A stretch of DNA of 64,000 nt, taken from Bdellovibrionota bacterium. Its GTDB lineage: Bacteria; Bdellovibrionota; UBA1018; CAUJDS01. Location: assembly GCA_963169695.1 (NCBI GenBank), contig CAUJDS010000060.1, forward strand, positions 64,780-128,779, read 5' to 3'. Each line of letters opens with the position of its first letter. Within the stretch, counting starts at the first letter, position 1. This document shows, in pieces, positions 9,448 to 19,458 of this stretch. The notes beneath the pieces were generated by a model, which worked only from the letters and a program-made list of their open reading frames with translations, made no database searches and had not been told where the DNA came from. Position numbers and translations under genes: made by a program.

Positions 9448-10962
9448 ATGAGTGCGGCATCAGATGTTCGTGTGCGGTTTGCCCCGAGTCCTACGGGATA
9501 CCTGCATGTTGGTGGATTGAGAACCCTGTTTTTGAATTGGCTCTATGCCAAAAAAACGGGCGGCAAAATCATCCTCCGTATTGAAGATACAGACCAAGAG
9601 CGAAGCACGCCAGAAGCGGAGAGACTTCTCCGAGAAGACATTCGCGCACTTCATCTATTTTTTGATGAAGGGCCGGATGAAGGTGGTGCCTTTGGTCCTT
9701 ATCGACAGTCCGAGCGAAACTCCATTTATCACGATATTGCTACCAAGCTTTTGGAAGCTGGCCACGCCTACTATTGTTTTCATACTCCTGAACAAATTAC
9801 CGAAATGCGCGAGGCGGCCATCAAAATGGGGCAACCGCCTCATATGTTAGACGAGAAGATCAAGCCACTACCGCCGGCTGAAGTGGAAGAGCGATTTAAA
9901 CGCGGAGAAAAAGCGGGAATCCGCTTTCGAGTTCCCAAGAAGGACATGATTCTTAAGGACCTGGTGCGTGGCGAAATTGACTTCAAAGTGGGCGCAGTGG
10001 GGGATTTCTTTATTACACGGTCCCCTCGTGGCAATGAAAAAGATGCAGGCCGCTTAGGGTACCCAGTCTATAATTTTGCTTGTGCAGTGGATGATCATCT
10101 CATGAACATCACCCATGTCTTTCGTGGTGAAGACCATTTGTCCAATACCTTGAAACAACTTTTTATCTACGACGTGATGGGATGGAAAGTGCCAGAATTT
10201 GGGCACATATCTATGGTGTTGGGCGCAGATCGTCAGAAGCTCTCCAAAAGGAATGGTGATGTTTCCGTTCGTGACTATACGGATCGCGGGTACCTCTCCG
10301 ATGCATTGTTGAACTTTCTTTCTCTTTTAGGGTGGTGGCCATCCGCTGGTACAAAAACCAAGTCCGGGCATCCCGAATTGATTTCTCGAGAAGAATTGGT
10401 TCAGGCTTTTGACACGTCCGGATTGCAGAAGTCGGCCGCAGTATTCGACGTTCAGAAACTCAATTGGATGAACTCGCAGTACATCAAGGCTGAACCGATC
10501 GAAAATTTGGCAAAATTAGCGCGCCCGTTTTTTGATCAGTCCGATGTTTCATTGAAGGGGCGATCGGATGCTTGGTTTCATCAATTGTTGCAAGTCATTC
10601 GAGGTGAGGTCGACTTATTGAGCGACCTTCCCAAGGCTGCAGAGCTTTTTTTTCGTGCGGATGCTCAGCCTGAGGCGGAAGCAGTTGCCGTCTTGAAGGA
10701 AGGAGAGGCTGCAAAGGTGGTCTCTAACTTCAGAGCCAAAATTGAAGCCCTTCAGGGGGATATTCAAGAAGAGCAAGTTCAAGCTCTGCAGAAACAGACC
10801 GGACTGGAGACTGGCGCAAAAGGTAAAGGCCTGTTTATGTCGATTCGCGCTGCCATCACAGGACGCACTCATGGACCCGAACTGAAGTGGGTCCTTCCTT
10901 TGCTAGGGCGTGAAGAAATTCTTAAGAGAATTGATAAAAACCTAAAGCAAGCAGGACTATGA
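9448..10962 (+). CDS. gltX: Glutamyl-tRNA synthetase
   Basis: PSPTGYLHVGG (HIGH-class motif) and KLSKR (KMSKS). 504 aa. Confidence 0.9.
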   Translation: MSAASDVRVRFAPSPTGYLHVGGLRTLFLNWLYAKKTGGKIILRIEDTDQERSTPEAERLLREDIRALHLFFDEGPDEGGAFGPYRQSERNSIYHDIATKLLEAGHAYYCFHTPEQITEMREAAIKMGQPPHMLDEKIKPLPPAEVEERFKRGEKAGIRFRVPKKDMILKDLVRGEIDFKVGAVGDFFITRSPRGNEKDAGRLGYPVYNFACAVDDHLMNITHVFRGEDHLSNTLKQLFIYDVMGWKVPEFGHISMVLGADRQKLSKRNGDVSVRDYTDRGYLSDALLNFLSLLGWWPSAGTKTKSGHPELISREELVQAFDTSGLQKSAAVFDVQKLNWMNSQYIKAEPIENLAKLARPFFDQSDVSLKGRSDAWFHQLLQVIRGEVDLLSDLPKAAELFFRADAQPEAEAVAVLKEGEAAKVVSNFRAKIEALQGDIQEEQVQALQKQTGLETGAKGKGLFMSIRAAITGRTHGPELKWVLPLLGREEILKRIDKNLKQAGL

Positions 10963-12470
10963 GTTCGGCAAACCTACCTGAAATTAAGTTCACTAATACG
11001 CAGACGCAGAAAAAAGAAGTTTTCAAGACTCAGGTTCCGGGTGTCGTTCGATTCTATTCTTGTGGTCCAACGGTCTATGACAAAATTCATATCGGAAATC
11101 TGCGCAGCGCTTTGGTTGCGGATTTGATTTATCGTTACCTCACCCACGTGGGTTACGATGTTCAATATGTTCGGAACTACACGGACGTAGATGATCGGAT
11201 CATCAAGAAAGCAGGTGATCAAAAACGCACTTCCGATCAGGTATCCAGCGAATTCATCCAAGAAGTTGAGAAGGACTACGCTGTATCGGGGGTCCTTGAT
11301 CCGAAATTTAAGCCCAAGGCGACAGAATACGTTTCTAAGATGGTAGCTTTTATTGAAGGTCTGGTAAGTAAGGGCAGCGCTTACGAAGTAAAAGGCGAAG
11401 TTTTTTATTCCGTAGACACCTTTGAAGACTATGGGAAGTTGTCTCGCCAGAAGTTTGATGACCTTGAGGCGGGACATCGCGTGGAAGTGAAGAGTCAGAA
11501 AAAAAATCCACTCGATTTCTCACTATGGAAGCCCGCCAAGCCAGGCGAACCTTCTTGGGACAGTCCTTGGGGAAAAGGTCGGCCAGGTTGGCATATTGAA
11601 TGTTCTGTCATGGCTCAAGAGATCTTAGGAGATCAAATTGACCTCCATCATGGTGGGGAAGATTTGATTTTTCCGCACCATGAAAATGAAATCGCGCAGT
11701 CCGAGGCAGCTACAGGAAAAAAGCCCTTTGCGCGAATGTGGCTCCATCACGCATTTTTGACGTTGTCCAAGGAGAAGATGTCCAAAAGCTTGGGCAATGT
11801 TTTTACGGCAAGGGATTTCCTTACCAAATTTGGTGGTGAGGTTGCTCGCTACTTGCTTCTTTCTGTGCACTATCGCTCACGCTTGGATTTCAGCGTGGAT
11901 AGCCTCAATCAAACGCTTCAGTCTTTGGAACGGATCTATGAAGCCAAGAAAAAGGCGCTCGAAATTACTCAGTTGAAAACTCGATTTCCAGATACACGTG
12001 CGGAGTCCCTTTGGGCTTCTTTTGTGATGCAGGTGGATGGAGCGTCCAAGGATATTGCGGCTCATTTTGCATACGACCTCAATACGCCTGGGGCCTTGGC
12101 GTCTGTTTTTGTTGTGATTCGGGAATTTAATCGCATCCTTTCTGAACCAAAAACACAAGGAACACCAGCGGCCATCCTAGCGTCTCAGGCACTGATCCGA
12201 TTGATCGAGGAAGATGTGGGTTCCGTTTTGGGTATTGGGCGGCTTTTGCCGGAAAAAGCTTTGGAGCAGTTCAATGGCATCCGGTCTCAGCTTTCTGCTA
12301 GCGATAAAGTAAAGCTGGATGGATCTGAAATCGAAAAGCGCATTGCGGAACGAAATCAAGCTCGTAGAGATAAAGATTTCAAGCGGAGCGATGAAATTCG
12401 TGACGAACTCTTGGCAGAAGGTGTCGATTTACTCGACGGACCAAGTGGTACTAGCTGGAAGTATCGATAG
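10959..12470 (+). CDS. cysS: Cysteinyl-tRNA synthetase
   Basis: CGPTVYDKIHIGN and KMSKSLGN motifs. Start overlaps the gltX stop (ATGA). Confidence 0.9.
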   Translation: MSSANLPEIKFTNTQTQKKEVFKTQVPGVVRFYSCGPTVYDKIHIGNLRSALVADLIYRYLTHVGYDVQYVRNYTDVDDRIIKKAGDQKRTSDQVSSEFIQEVEKDYAVSGVLDPKFKPKATEYVSKMVAFIEGLVSKGSAYEVKGEVFYSVDTFEDYGKLSRQKFDDLEAGHRVEVKSQKKNPLDFSLWKPAKPGEPSWDSPWGKGRPGWHIECSVMAQEILGDQIDLHHGGEDLIFPHHENEIAQSEAATGKKPFARMWLHHAFLTLSKEKMSKSLGNVFTARDFLTKFGGEVARYLLLSVHYRSRLDFSVDSLNQTLQSLERIYEAKKKALEITQLKTRFPDTRAESLWASFVMQVDGASKDIAAHFAYDLNTPGALASVFVVIREFNRILSEPKTQGTPAAILASQALIRLIEEDVGSVLGIGRLLPEKALEQFNGIRSQLSASDKVKLDGSEIEKRIAERNQARRDKDFKRSDEIRDELLAEGVDLLDGPSGTSWKYR

Positions 12471-12510
12471 TACTTCTTGAAGCTATTGTTCGTTCTAAAG
12501 AACTCAAAAT

Positions 12511-12539
12511 TTGACAACCCCCTGGGTTGGGAATACTAA
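12511..12539 (+). promoter_or_regulatory. Candidate sigma70 promoter driving the thi riboswitch leader
   Basis: TTGACA (12511-12516), 17-nt spacer, TACTAA (12534-12539), immediately 5' of the riboswitch aptamer. Confidence 0.45.
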
Positions 12540-12545
12540 ATTCGA

Positions 12546-12645
12546 AACGGGGAGCTGCCCGTGATTTTTCAAAAGGCGGCTGAGAGGCTCGATAAAGGTC
12601 GAGCGACCCAAATAACTTGATCCAGGTAATGCTGGCGAAAGGAAA
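12546..12645 (+). promoter_or_regulatory. TPP (THI-element) riboswitch
   Basis: GGGGAGCUGCCC ... GGCUGAGA ... ACCC ... AACUUGAUCCAGGUAAUGCUGGCGAAAGGAA matches the conserved TPP aptamer core. The 3' arm abuts the thiM Shine-Dalgarno/ATG at 12651. Confidence 0.8.
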
Positions 12646-12650
12646 TCAAT

Positions 12651-13466
12651 ATGACTACGCCTAGAAGTGCAGCTTCGCTGCTCGAAGTCCTTCGAAGAGA
12701 AAAGCCGCTGATTCATCATCTCACCAATTATGTGACTATGGAGTTTTCGGCTAATGCGCTACTTGCCGTAGGCGCGTCTCCGCTTATGGCTCATGCGCCA
12801 GAAGAAATTTCAGAAATCATATCCATTGCTAGTGCTTTGGTGCTCAATATTGGGACCTTAGACAATGATTGGGTTGCAAGCATGAAGCTGGCAATTATCG
12901 AAGCAAAGCGTAAGGACCTCCCCGTTGTTTTAGATCCGGTAGGTGCCGGAGCTACGAGGTATCGAACTCGGGTGGCCCTGGAGCTTTTGAGCGAAGGTGG
13001 AATCTCGGTTCTCCGTGGCAACGCCTCAGAGGTCCTAGCTTTGGCTGGGCAGGGAGGGGGAGGTAAAGGTGTTGATTCACTCCATGCTTGGTCTGATGCA
13101 GCGGGAGCTGCGCGATTCCTATCGCAAGAGTTTTCTTGCACCGTATGTGTAAGTGGAGAAACTGATTTCATAACGGATGGCAGCCGTGAGGCAAAAGTTT
13201 ACAATGGCCACTCGATGATGACTCAAGTGACTGGTATGGGCTGTGTAGCTACTTCGCTTATTGGAGGCTTTCATGGAATCAGCAACGATGCTTTCCTAGC
13301 CACTGTCAATGCCATGGCCCTTGGTGGGGTTTGTGGTGAGTTGGCGGCTGAGTCAGCGACGGGGCCGGCAAGTTTCCGAATGGCGTGGCTAGATTGGCTA
13401 AGTCGTATTGAGGTTCAACAATTTGAGAATAAAGCTAGTTATGAGCAATTAAGGTTGCTTTCGTGA
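12651..13466 (+). CDS. thiM: Hydroxyethylthiazole kinase
   Basis: LIHHLTNYVTMEFSANALLAVGASPLMAH signature. 271 aa. Confidence 0.85.
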   Translation: MTTPRSAASLLEVLRREKPLIHHLTNYVTMEFSANALLAVGASPLMAHAPEEISEIISIASALVLNIGTLDNDWVASMKLAIIEAKRKDLPVVLDPVGAGATRYRTRVALELLSEGGISVLRGNASEVLALAGQGGGGKGVDSLHAWSDAAGAARFLSQEFSCTVCVSGETDFITDGSREAKVYNGHSMMTQVTGMGCVATSLIGGFHGISNDAFLATVNAMALGGVCGELAAESATGPASFRMAWLDWLSRIEVQQFENKASYEQLRLLS

Positions 13467-14086
13467 GTCTTGATCTCAAGCTGTATTTGGTTGCCGATGA
13501 ATTGCATTTTAGAAAGGGAGCCATTGAGGATGAAGTACTTCAAGCCGTGCGTGGCGGAGTTCGTTTGGTTCAGTTGCGCGAGAAGACCTGCTCGGATGAA
13601 GACTTTGTACAACTTGCTCGTCGAGTGATGCGCGCACTAAAAGACTACTCCGTGCCCTTGTTGATCAATGATCGAATCGAGGTAGCTAAGAAAGTTGGTG
13701 CGAGCGGCGTACACCTCGGTCAAAGTGATGCCTGCCCCAAATTGGCGCGCGCACTTTTAGGTAAAGAGGCCATCGTGGGTTGGTCAGTAGAAAGTCTCGG
13801 GCAAGTGGCTCGAGCAAAAGGTCTTGGTGTGGACTACTTAGGTGTGAGTGCCATCTATCCAACAAGCTCCAAAAATAATGTTCAAAAAATCTGGGGCCTA
13901 GAGGGCCTACGGGATATTCGATCGAAGACTGACCTACCGTTGGTTGGTATCGGTGGAATTGGTGTCGAGCAGGTAAAAGAAGTGATCCATGCAGGTGCGA
14001 ATGGTGTGGCGGTTATTTCTGTCTTTCAGGCCGAAGAGGATTGGGAAGCCAAGGCTCTTCAGCTTCTAGCACAGGTGCCAGAATGA
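13463..14086 (+). CDS. thiE: Thiamine-phosphate synthase
   Basis: LYLVADE...VRLVQLREK... pattern. GTG start overlapping the thiM stop (GTGA). Confidence 0.85.
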   Translation: MSLDLKLYLVADELHFRKGAIEDEVLQAVRGGVRLVQLREKTCSDEDFVQLARRVMRALKDYSVPLLINDRIEVAKKVGASGVHLGQSDACPKLARALLGKEAIVGWSVESLGQVARAKGLGVDYLGVSAIYPTSSKNNVQKIWGLEGLRDIRSKTDLPLVGIGGIGVEQVKEVIHAGANGVAVISVFQAEEDWEAKALQLLAQVPE

Positions 14087-14898
14087 AAAACCCTTCGCGC
14101 GTCCTCAGTATTGCGGGATCAGATAGCGGTGGTGGTGCTGGGATTCAAGCTGATTTGAAGACATTTTCTTCCTTGGGAGTCTACGGATCGACAGCGATTA
14201 CGGCGATTACAGCTCAAAATACGCAAGGAGTCTCAGATTGCTTAATCCTCGATCCTTCCTTGGTAGAGGCCCAGATACGCGCAGTCCTCGATGATATTGG
14301 CGCAGATGTAATTAAAATAGGGATGTTGGGCAACGCCGACGTCGTAGCTGCTGTAGCTCAAGTACTGACAGAATATCCTACGATTCCCGTAGTGCTCGAT
14401 CCCGTGATGATTGCTAAGTCTGGAGCAGCCCTCCTTCATCCGTCGGCGGTTGACTTGGTATTGGATCGGCTCTTTCCTCGCGCCATGTTGGTAACCCCTA
14501 ATTTATTGGAAGCGCAGAGCCTACTAAACCGTACCGTGCTCACCCCAGAGGAAATGGAGCAAGCTGGGAGAGACTTGCTCCGCTTCGGCCCGCGTGCTGT
14601 GCTTGTCAAAGGCGGCCACCGAGAATCTGAGCAATGTTCGGATTGCCTTGTAGTAAAACACAAGGACGGTAGTATCGCGTGTCGCTGGTTTGAATCGCCA
14701 CGTATTGCCACCTGCAATGATCATGGAACCGGATGCACCTTATCTGCGGCCATTGCAGGACTCTTGGCGCAAGGAAGGATGCTGGAGGATGCCGTCGGCA
14801 AGGCCAAGGAGTTTCTAACGGAAGTTTTGAAAAGGAGCCAGCGCTATTCACTCGGCAAGGGACATGGGGCGGCTTGTATTGTTACAGCCCCTAGTTAG
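14083..14898 (+). CDS. thiD: Hydroxymethylpyrimidine / phosphomethylpyrimidine kinase
   Basis: VLSIAGSDSGGGAGIQADLKT signature. ATG at 14083 overlaps the thiE stop. The track ORF starts earlier at 14041. Confidence 0.85.
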   Translation: MKNPSRVLSIAGSDSGGGAGIQADLKTFSSLGVYGSTAITAITAQNTQGVSDCLILDPSLVEAQIRAVLDDIGADVIKIGMLGNADVVAAVAQVLTEYPTIPVVLDPVMIAKSGAALLHPSAVDLVLDRLFPRAMLVTPNLLEAQSLLNRTVLTPEEMEQAGRDLLRFGPRAVLVKGGHRESEQCSDCLVVKHKDGSIACRWFESPRIATCNDHGTGCTLSAAIAGLLAQGRMLEDAVGKAKEFLTEVLKRSQRYSLGKGHGAACIVTAPS

Positions 14899-14930
14899 GT
14901 GAAAATAAAAAAAGGAGGACTTCTTTCAGA

Positions 14931-16061
14931 CTAACGAAGGGAGAATTTTTGAAAGAGGATCTCGAGGTAGGATCTTCTTCCCAATAGGATTCGTAGGTAC
15001 TTTTTCTGGAGTGCAGTACTATTTTTAATTTCAGGTTCGCCTTCGATGAGGGTGTCTCTGTCCATTTCGGATTCAGCTACAGGCTTGCCCTCAATTTCCT
15101 CTTTTACGATTGCCTGAAGGTGCTCTCTTACGAGGCGTAGCATGTCTTGATCCTCTTTGGCATCGAGGTCTAGCAAGTCATCCCCGGATTCAAAAGACTC
15201 TTGAAATTGCTTTCCGAGGTCTCTTAAGTCTTTTTTGAGTTCATCCAGTTTCTGAGCATCGCTTGGATCTGGCGTCTCGGTCGTTTCCATTTCTTTGATC
15301 GCTTGCAGGAGTTTTCGGATTTGGCTTTCAAGGTTAAACAAGTCAATGGCTCTTTTTGATCCGTATTGGTCGAAAATTTTATTGTAGAAAGTGAAGCCTC
15401 TATTGAGAGAGGAATCTGATTGCCACATTTTTGGGTGCAGTTCGCTCTTGTTCATTTTCAATTCAAAATAGCTAAGCTTCATAGGGCGTTTATTTAAATT
15501 GAGAGGTCGGCTTCTTATCAGGATTTTGATGTCTTTGGGGTCGCAATGGCAGACTTCAGAGGTATCTCGAATCCTAAATTCATAGGACTCATCACCATAG
15601 TGAGGAATGTGAGTCAAAGTCACGTTAGGAAACTCTCTCTTCATCTCTTCGTCTGAAGGGGATACTTGGTCGGAGTTTCTAGGAGCGATGTCTGACTTTG
15701 CGTCCAATTCTTCAGGGTCCGCGTATCGGATAAACTTAGGCTTAAGGGTGCTGAGGTCAAAACGAAACAGAGCCATTCCACTCGGACGGGTTTCATCCAT
15801 CCAAAAAAGCACGTCTTTTTCCCCGTTGGACTCTATTTCCTTCTTCGTGATTCGCAGCTGGTGAATGGGCTTATTGCCAATAACGTCGTGGCTTCTATCT
15901 TCATGGTACTTGGTGGGCCAGACCTCTAGGAGGTACGCTGGCTCGTCTGACTGAGCCCCCTTTTCGCTTTTTTGAGAGGGGTCTTGCCCGAATGCCGAAA
16001 GGGCTACGAATAGGGCCAGGAACTGGGTTGCAACTGATTGAATTGAGAAATGTCTTGGCAT
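14931..16061 (-). CDS. Hypothetical secreted protein (signal peptide, acidic, C-terminal coiled-coil-like region)
   Basis: ATG preceded by GGAG. N-terminal FLALFVALSAFGQDP signal-like segment. No family recognised. Confidence 0.5.
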   Translation of the reverse strand: MPRHFSIQSVATQFLALFVALSAFGQDPSQKSEKGAQSDEPAYLLEVWPTKYHEDRSHDVIGNKPIHQLRITKKEIESNGEKDVLFWMDETRPSGMALFRFDLSTLKPKFIRYADPEELDAKSDIAPRNSDQVSPSDEEMKREFPNVTLTHIPHYGDESYEFRIRDTSEVCHCDPKDIKILIRSRPLNLNKRPMKLSYFELKMNKSELHPKMWQSDSSLNRGFTFYNKIFDQYGSKRAIDLFNLESQIRKLLQAIKEMETTETPDPSDAQKLDELKKDLRDLGKQFQESFESGDDLLDLDAKEDQDMLRLVREHLQAIVKEEIEGKPVAESEMDRDTLIEGEPEIKNSTALQKKYLRILLGRRSYLEILFQKFSLR

Positions 16062-16144
16062 TTTGAATCTCCGTAATAGAATAAAGTTCGACTTATTTAA
16101 TACACTAAAGAAGTAAATTCAAGCCTTCGTATGGCGCGGTGGCT

Positions 16145-17437
16145 TTAGGCTTTAAACTTTACCTTCAGGTCCTTCCAGCAATCCAAGTAGTCGTCCTGGA
16201 GAAATCCTTTACGAGTGGCGAAGGACGACATTTGGAATGGGTAGCGCGTCTCAAACATAAAGGACATCGTGTCATTGAGCTTCTGGGGCTGAAGCTCCAT
16301 CTCGCTCGCGCGCTCAAAAGCCGCAGCATCCGGTCCATGGCCGCCGAAAGAATTGTGCAAACTTCCTCCGCCCGGCACGAAGCCTCCACCCTTGATCTTG
16401 GCGTCGTACTGTCCTTGAATCAGTCCCATATACTCGCTCATGATATTTCGATGAAACCATGGCGGGCGAAAGGTGTTTTCTTGAACCAGCCATCGTGGGG
16501 CAAAAATCACAAAGTCCAAGTTGGCGACTCCCGGATCTGAGGAAGGAGAAGTCAGGACCGTGTAGATCGATGGATCTGGATGATCGAAGCTGATGGAGCC
16601 GATGACGTTGAATTTGCGAAGGTCGTATTGGTAGGGATAGTAGTTGCCATGCCAGCCGACGACATCAAAGGGCGAGCGATCAAGCTCAGTGCGCCAGAAT
16701 TTTCCTTGCGCCTTGGTGATCACTTCGAAGGGCTTGGCTAGATCTTCGTACCAGGCATGTGGAGCCAAGAAGTCACGGGCATTGGCAAGGCCATTGGATC
16801 CGATGGGGCCGAGTTCGGGCAGTTGCAAAGGAGCGCCGTAGTTCTCGGCAATATAGCCACGGGCGGGTTCATTCGTAAGGATTTGGAATTTGATTCCCTT
16901 GGGGATGACTGCCATTTCGAGTTGCCCTACCTGAAGGCGACCCATTTCTGTGCGGATTTCTAATTTTCCTTTTTCGGGAAGGATCAGCATTTCTCCGTCG
17001 AAATTGCAGAAGCATTGATGATTCATGGATTGATTGAATGCATAGAGGTGCACGGCCATTCCTTCTTGTCTCATCCAGTTGCCAGTGGCGATGAGGGTGT
17101 GTAATCCCTGAAGAAACAGTGTGGGCTGCATGGGAAGTTCAAGTGGGTTCCAGCGCAAGGGATTGGGAGACAGCGCGATTCCTTCAAAGGGAGCTGTTAG
17201 GACAGCAGACGACCGAATTTCTTGAAAAGCCGGATGCACGATCGAAGGTCGAATGCGATAGAGCCAACTTCGTTTATTCAATGCTCGCGGTGTCGTAAAC
17301 GATGTTCCACTCAATAGTTCCGCATAGAGACCCTTCGACACTTTCTGTGGAGAATTGCGTCCTTCCGGTAGCACTCCCGGTAGGCACTCTGTTGCGACGT
17401 GATTTCCGAAGCCGGAAAAAAATTTCATATCTTTCAT
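16145..17437 (-). CDS. hmgA: Homogentisate 1,2-dioxygenase
   Basis: 430 aa. N-terminal FSGFGNHVATECLPGVLPEGRNSPQK is characteristic of this enzyme. GGGAGA Shine-Dalgarno. Confidence 0.9.
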   Translation of the reverse strand: MKDMKFFSGFGNHVATECLPGVLPEGRNSPQKVSKGLYAELLSGTSFTTPRALNKRSWLYRIRPSIVHPAFQEIRSSAVLTAPFEGIALSPNPLRWNPLELPMQPTLFLQGLHTLIATGNWMRQEGMAVHLYAFNQSMNHQCFCNFDGEMLILPEKGKLEIRTEMGRLQVGQLEMAVIPKGIKFQILTNEPARGYIAENYGAPLQLPELGPIGSNGLANARDFLAPHAWYEDLAKPFEVITKAQGKFWRTELDRSPFDVVGWHGNYYPYQYDLRKFNVIGSISFDHPDPSIYTVLTSPSSDPGVANLDFVIFAPRWLVQENTFRPPWFHRNIMSEYMGLIQGQYDAKIKGGGFVPGGGSLHNSFGGHGPDAAAFERASEMELQPQKLNDTMSFMFETRYPFQMSSFATRKGFLQDDYLDCWKDLKVKFKA

Positions 17438-18138
17438 AGTTTGGGTCTCCCAAGTTCAAAATACTCTTTTACGCCGGAATACATCGGCCCACCCAGTCTG
17501 GCTAGTGGATGAAGCTGTGCAAAATCGATGTGTTCATCCTTACTGAGAAACCCGTCTGCGACATGCATCACTAGGATTTCACCAAGAAATAACGTGACCG
17601 AACCCGCCTTGCCTTCACCCAATTCAATGGCGCGATAGAGTTTGCACTCCATTTGGATAGCCGATTCGGCAACACGCGATGGTTGAATCCGGGTTGAAGC
17701 CACTGCCGTGAGGCCCACCTTTTTCATTTCATCCACTCCGCGTGGGTAATTGGCGGAGCACTGGTGCAGGGGCTCTGCCATCCATTCATGAGCAGAATTG
17801 ACGACAAACTCTCCGGTTTCTTCGATGTTTCTGCAGGTGTCCTTCTTAGACCCATTTGGCATTCGAGCCACCGAGATCATGACGAGGGGAGGGCTGCTCG
17901 ATACGGCATTGAAGAAACTAAATGGAGCAAGGTTGCCATTTCCATTTTTGTCGCAGGTACTAACAAAGGCGATGGGCCTCGGTACGACAGAACCCACCAA
18001 GAGGCCGTAGACTCGATCCACCGGCATCGCAGATAGATCAAAGTCCTTCCACGTTTGGTAGGGAACGACGAGGGTATCTCCTGGTTTCCAGTTGGGATTG
18101 GGGTTTTGAATTTTTTTGGCAGGAGTCAGTGGGACCAT
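17434..18138 (-). CDS. Flavin reductase-like FMN-binding protein
   Basis: [24 protein letters not shown] motif of the flavin reductase domain. Stop overlaps the hmgA start (ATGA). Confidence 0.75.
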   Translation of the reverse strand: MVPLTPAKKIQNPNPNWKPGDTLVVPYQTWKDFDLSAMPVDRVYGLLVGSVVPRPIAFVSTCDKNGNGNLAPFSFFNAVSSSPPLVMISVARMPNGSKKDTCRNIEETGEFVVNSAHEWMAEPLHQCSANYPRGVDEMKKVGLTAVASTRIQPSRVAESAIQMECKLYRAIELGEGKAGSVTLFLGEILVMHVADGFLSKDEHIDFAQLHPLARLGGPMYSGVKEYFELGRPKL

Positions 18139-19061
18139 TCCATCATTCTTTCTAATGGCCGCAAGGCGCGCAATCGCAAGTCTTCGGTCATGGTGATTTC
18201 GGGAGATTCATCGCGGAGAGTTGTGTAAACTTTTTCGAGCGTGTTGAGCCGCATAAAGGGACATTCATTGCATGCACAGGCGTGATTGGGCGGAGCTGGG
18301 ATAAAAAATTTCTCGGGGTGATTCTTGCGCATTTGGTGCAGGATCCCTTCCTCCGTTGCCACGATGAAGGCTGCTTTTGCACTTTTTCCGACGTAGCCTA
18401 GAAGCGCAGAAGTGCTTCCAATAAAATGTGCTAGCTGAAGGAGTTCGGGCTCGCACTCGGGATGCGCAATAAGTTCGGCATCAGGGTGGCGAACTTGAAG
18501 ATCAATGAGTTTTCGTTGAGAAAAAGTTTCGTGAACGATGCAGGCGCCCTGCCATTTGAGTAGCTTCCGGCCAGTTTGTTTTTCTACCCAAGCACCAAGG
18601 TTGCGATCGGGAGCAAATAGAATGGGGCGATCCTTAGGAACGCGATTGACGATTTGCACAGCATTGCTGCTCGTGCAAATGACATCACTTTGCGCTTTGA
18701 TCTCGGCGGAACAGTTGATGTAGCTCACTACAAAGTGGTCGGGATGCTGGTTGCGGTAAGCCCGAAACTGCTCGGGAGGGCAGGAGTCAGAGAGGGAGCA
18801 TCCCGCGCGAAGGTCCGGCATCAGGACCTTCGATTGGGGGTTGAGGATCTTGGCCCCTTCCGCCATAAAGTGGACTCCACAGAAAAGGATGATTTTGGCT
18901 TGAGTCTTCTGGGCCGCTCTAGCGAGAGCCAGGCTGTCGCCGATCTCGTCCGCCAGGTCCTGAATATCAGGCTCCTGGTAGTAATGAGCGAGAATGATTG
19001 CGTTTTTTTCTTTCTTGAGGCGGGCAATCTCTGCAAAAAGGTCGTGCTTTTGATTCGTCAT
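18126..19061 (-). CDS. nadA: Quinolinate synthase A
   Basis: [21 protein letters not shown]-terminal signature. 311 aa. 13-nt overlap with the downstream flavin reductase gene. Confidence 0.9.
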   Translation of the reverse strand: MTNQKHDLFAEIARLKKEKNAIILAHYYQEPDIQDLADEIGDSLALARAAQKTQAKIILFCGVHFMAEGAKILNPQSKVLMPDLRAGCSLSDSCPPEQFRAYRNQHPDHFVVSYINCSAEIKAQSDVICTSSNAVQIVNRVPKDRPILFAPDRNLGAWVEKQTGRKLLKWQGACIVHETFSQRKLIDLQVRHPDAELIAHPECEPELLQLAHFIGSTSALLGYVGKSAKAAFIVATEEGILHQMRKNHPEKFFIPAPPNHACACNECPFMRLNTLEKVYTTLRDESPEITMTEDLRLRALRPLERMMEWSH

Positions 19062-19162
19062 TTCTGTTACTGTGTAGAGGTCTCATATCCTAGTTTGACC
19101 TCAACTTGCAATCGGACCGCCATTAGGCTAACTCAACAACTCGGTTATTAAAGGAGCTTCTG

Positions 19163-19453
19163 TTGCTTAAGTCTATTCAATTGATGTTACGAGGCCTTAA
19201 GGGTGTTGTTCGTGAAGGAACAGCAGATCGTGTGGTCTTCCTTTATCCTGGAGAAGAAGGGACCTACATCGAGAATTGCCATGTCCGGGTCTATTCGAGC
19301 GGAATCGTCCACGTCAACAACCGCTACGAGGACACCATGTGCCACATCAGTAATTGCGAAATCCTTTGGAGCTTTACTAAGGATGGCGATGATCGCCCAC
19401 CTGCTGTGCGCCTATTGAGAGCAAAGTCGGATACTCAGCCCAGCCCTCCCTAG
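19163..19453 (+). CDS. Small hypothetical Cys/His-containing protein (96 aa)
   Basis: TTG start with a good AAGGAG Shine-Dalgarno 7 nt upstream. Contains ENCH...CH..NCE. No homology recognised. Confidence 0.35.
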   Translation: MLKSIQLMLRGLKGVVREGTADRVVFLYPGEEGTYIENCHVRVYSSGIVHVNNRYEDTMCHISNCEILWSFTKDGDDRPPAVRLLRAKSDTQPSPP

Positions 19454-19458
19454 TATTT

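Noticed and set aside
16139-16540. 133-aa plus-strand ORF
   Set aside because: Lies entirely antisense within the hmgA coding region. No ribosome-binding site. Likely a chance ORF.
18654-19151. 165-aa plus-strand ORF
   Set aside because: Antisense inside nadA. No ribosome-binding site.
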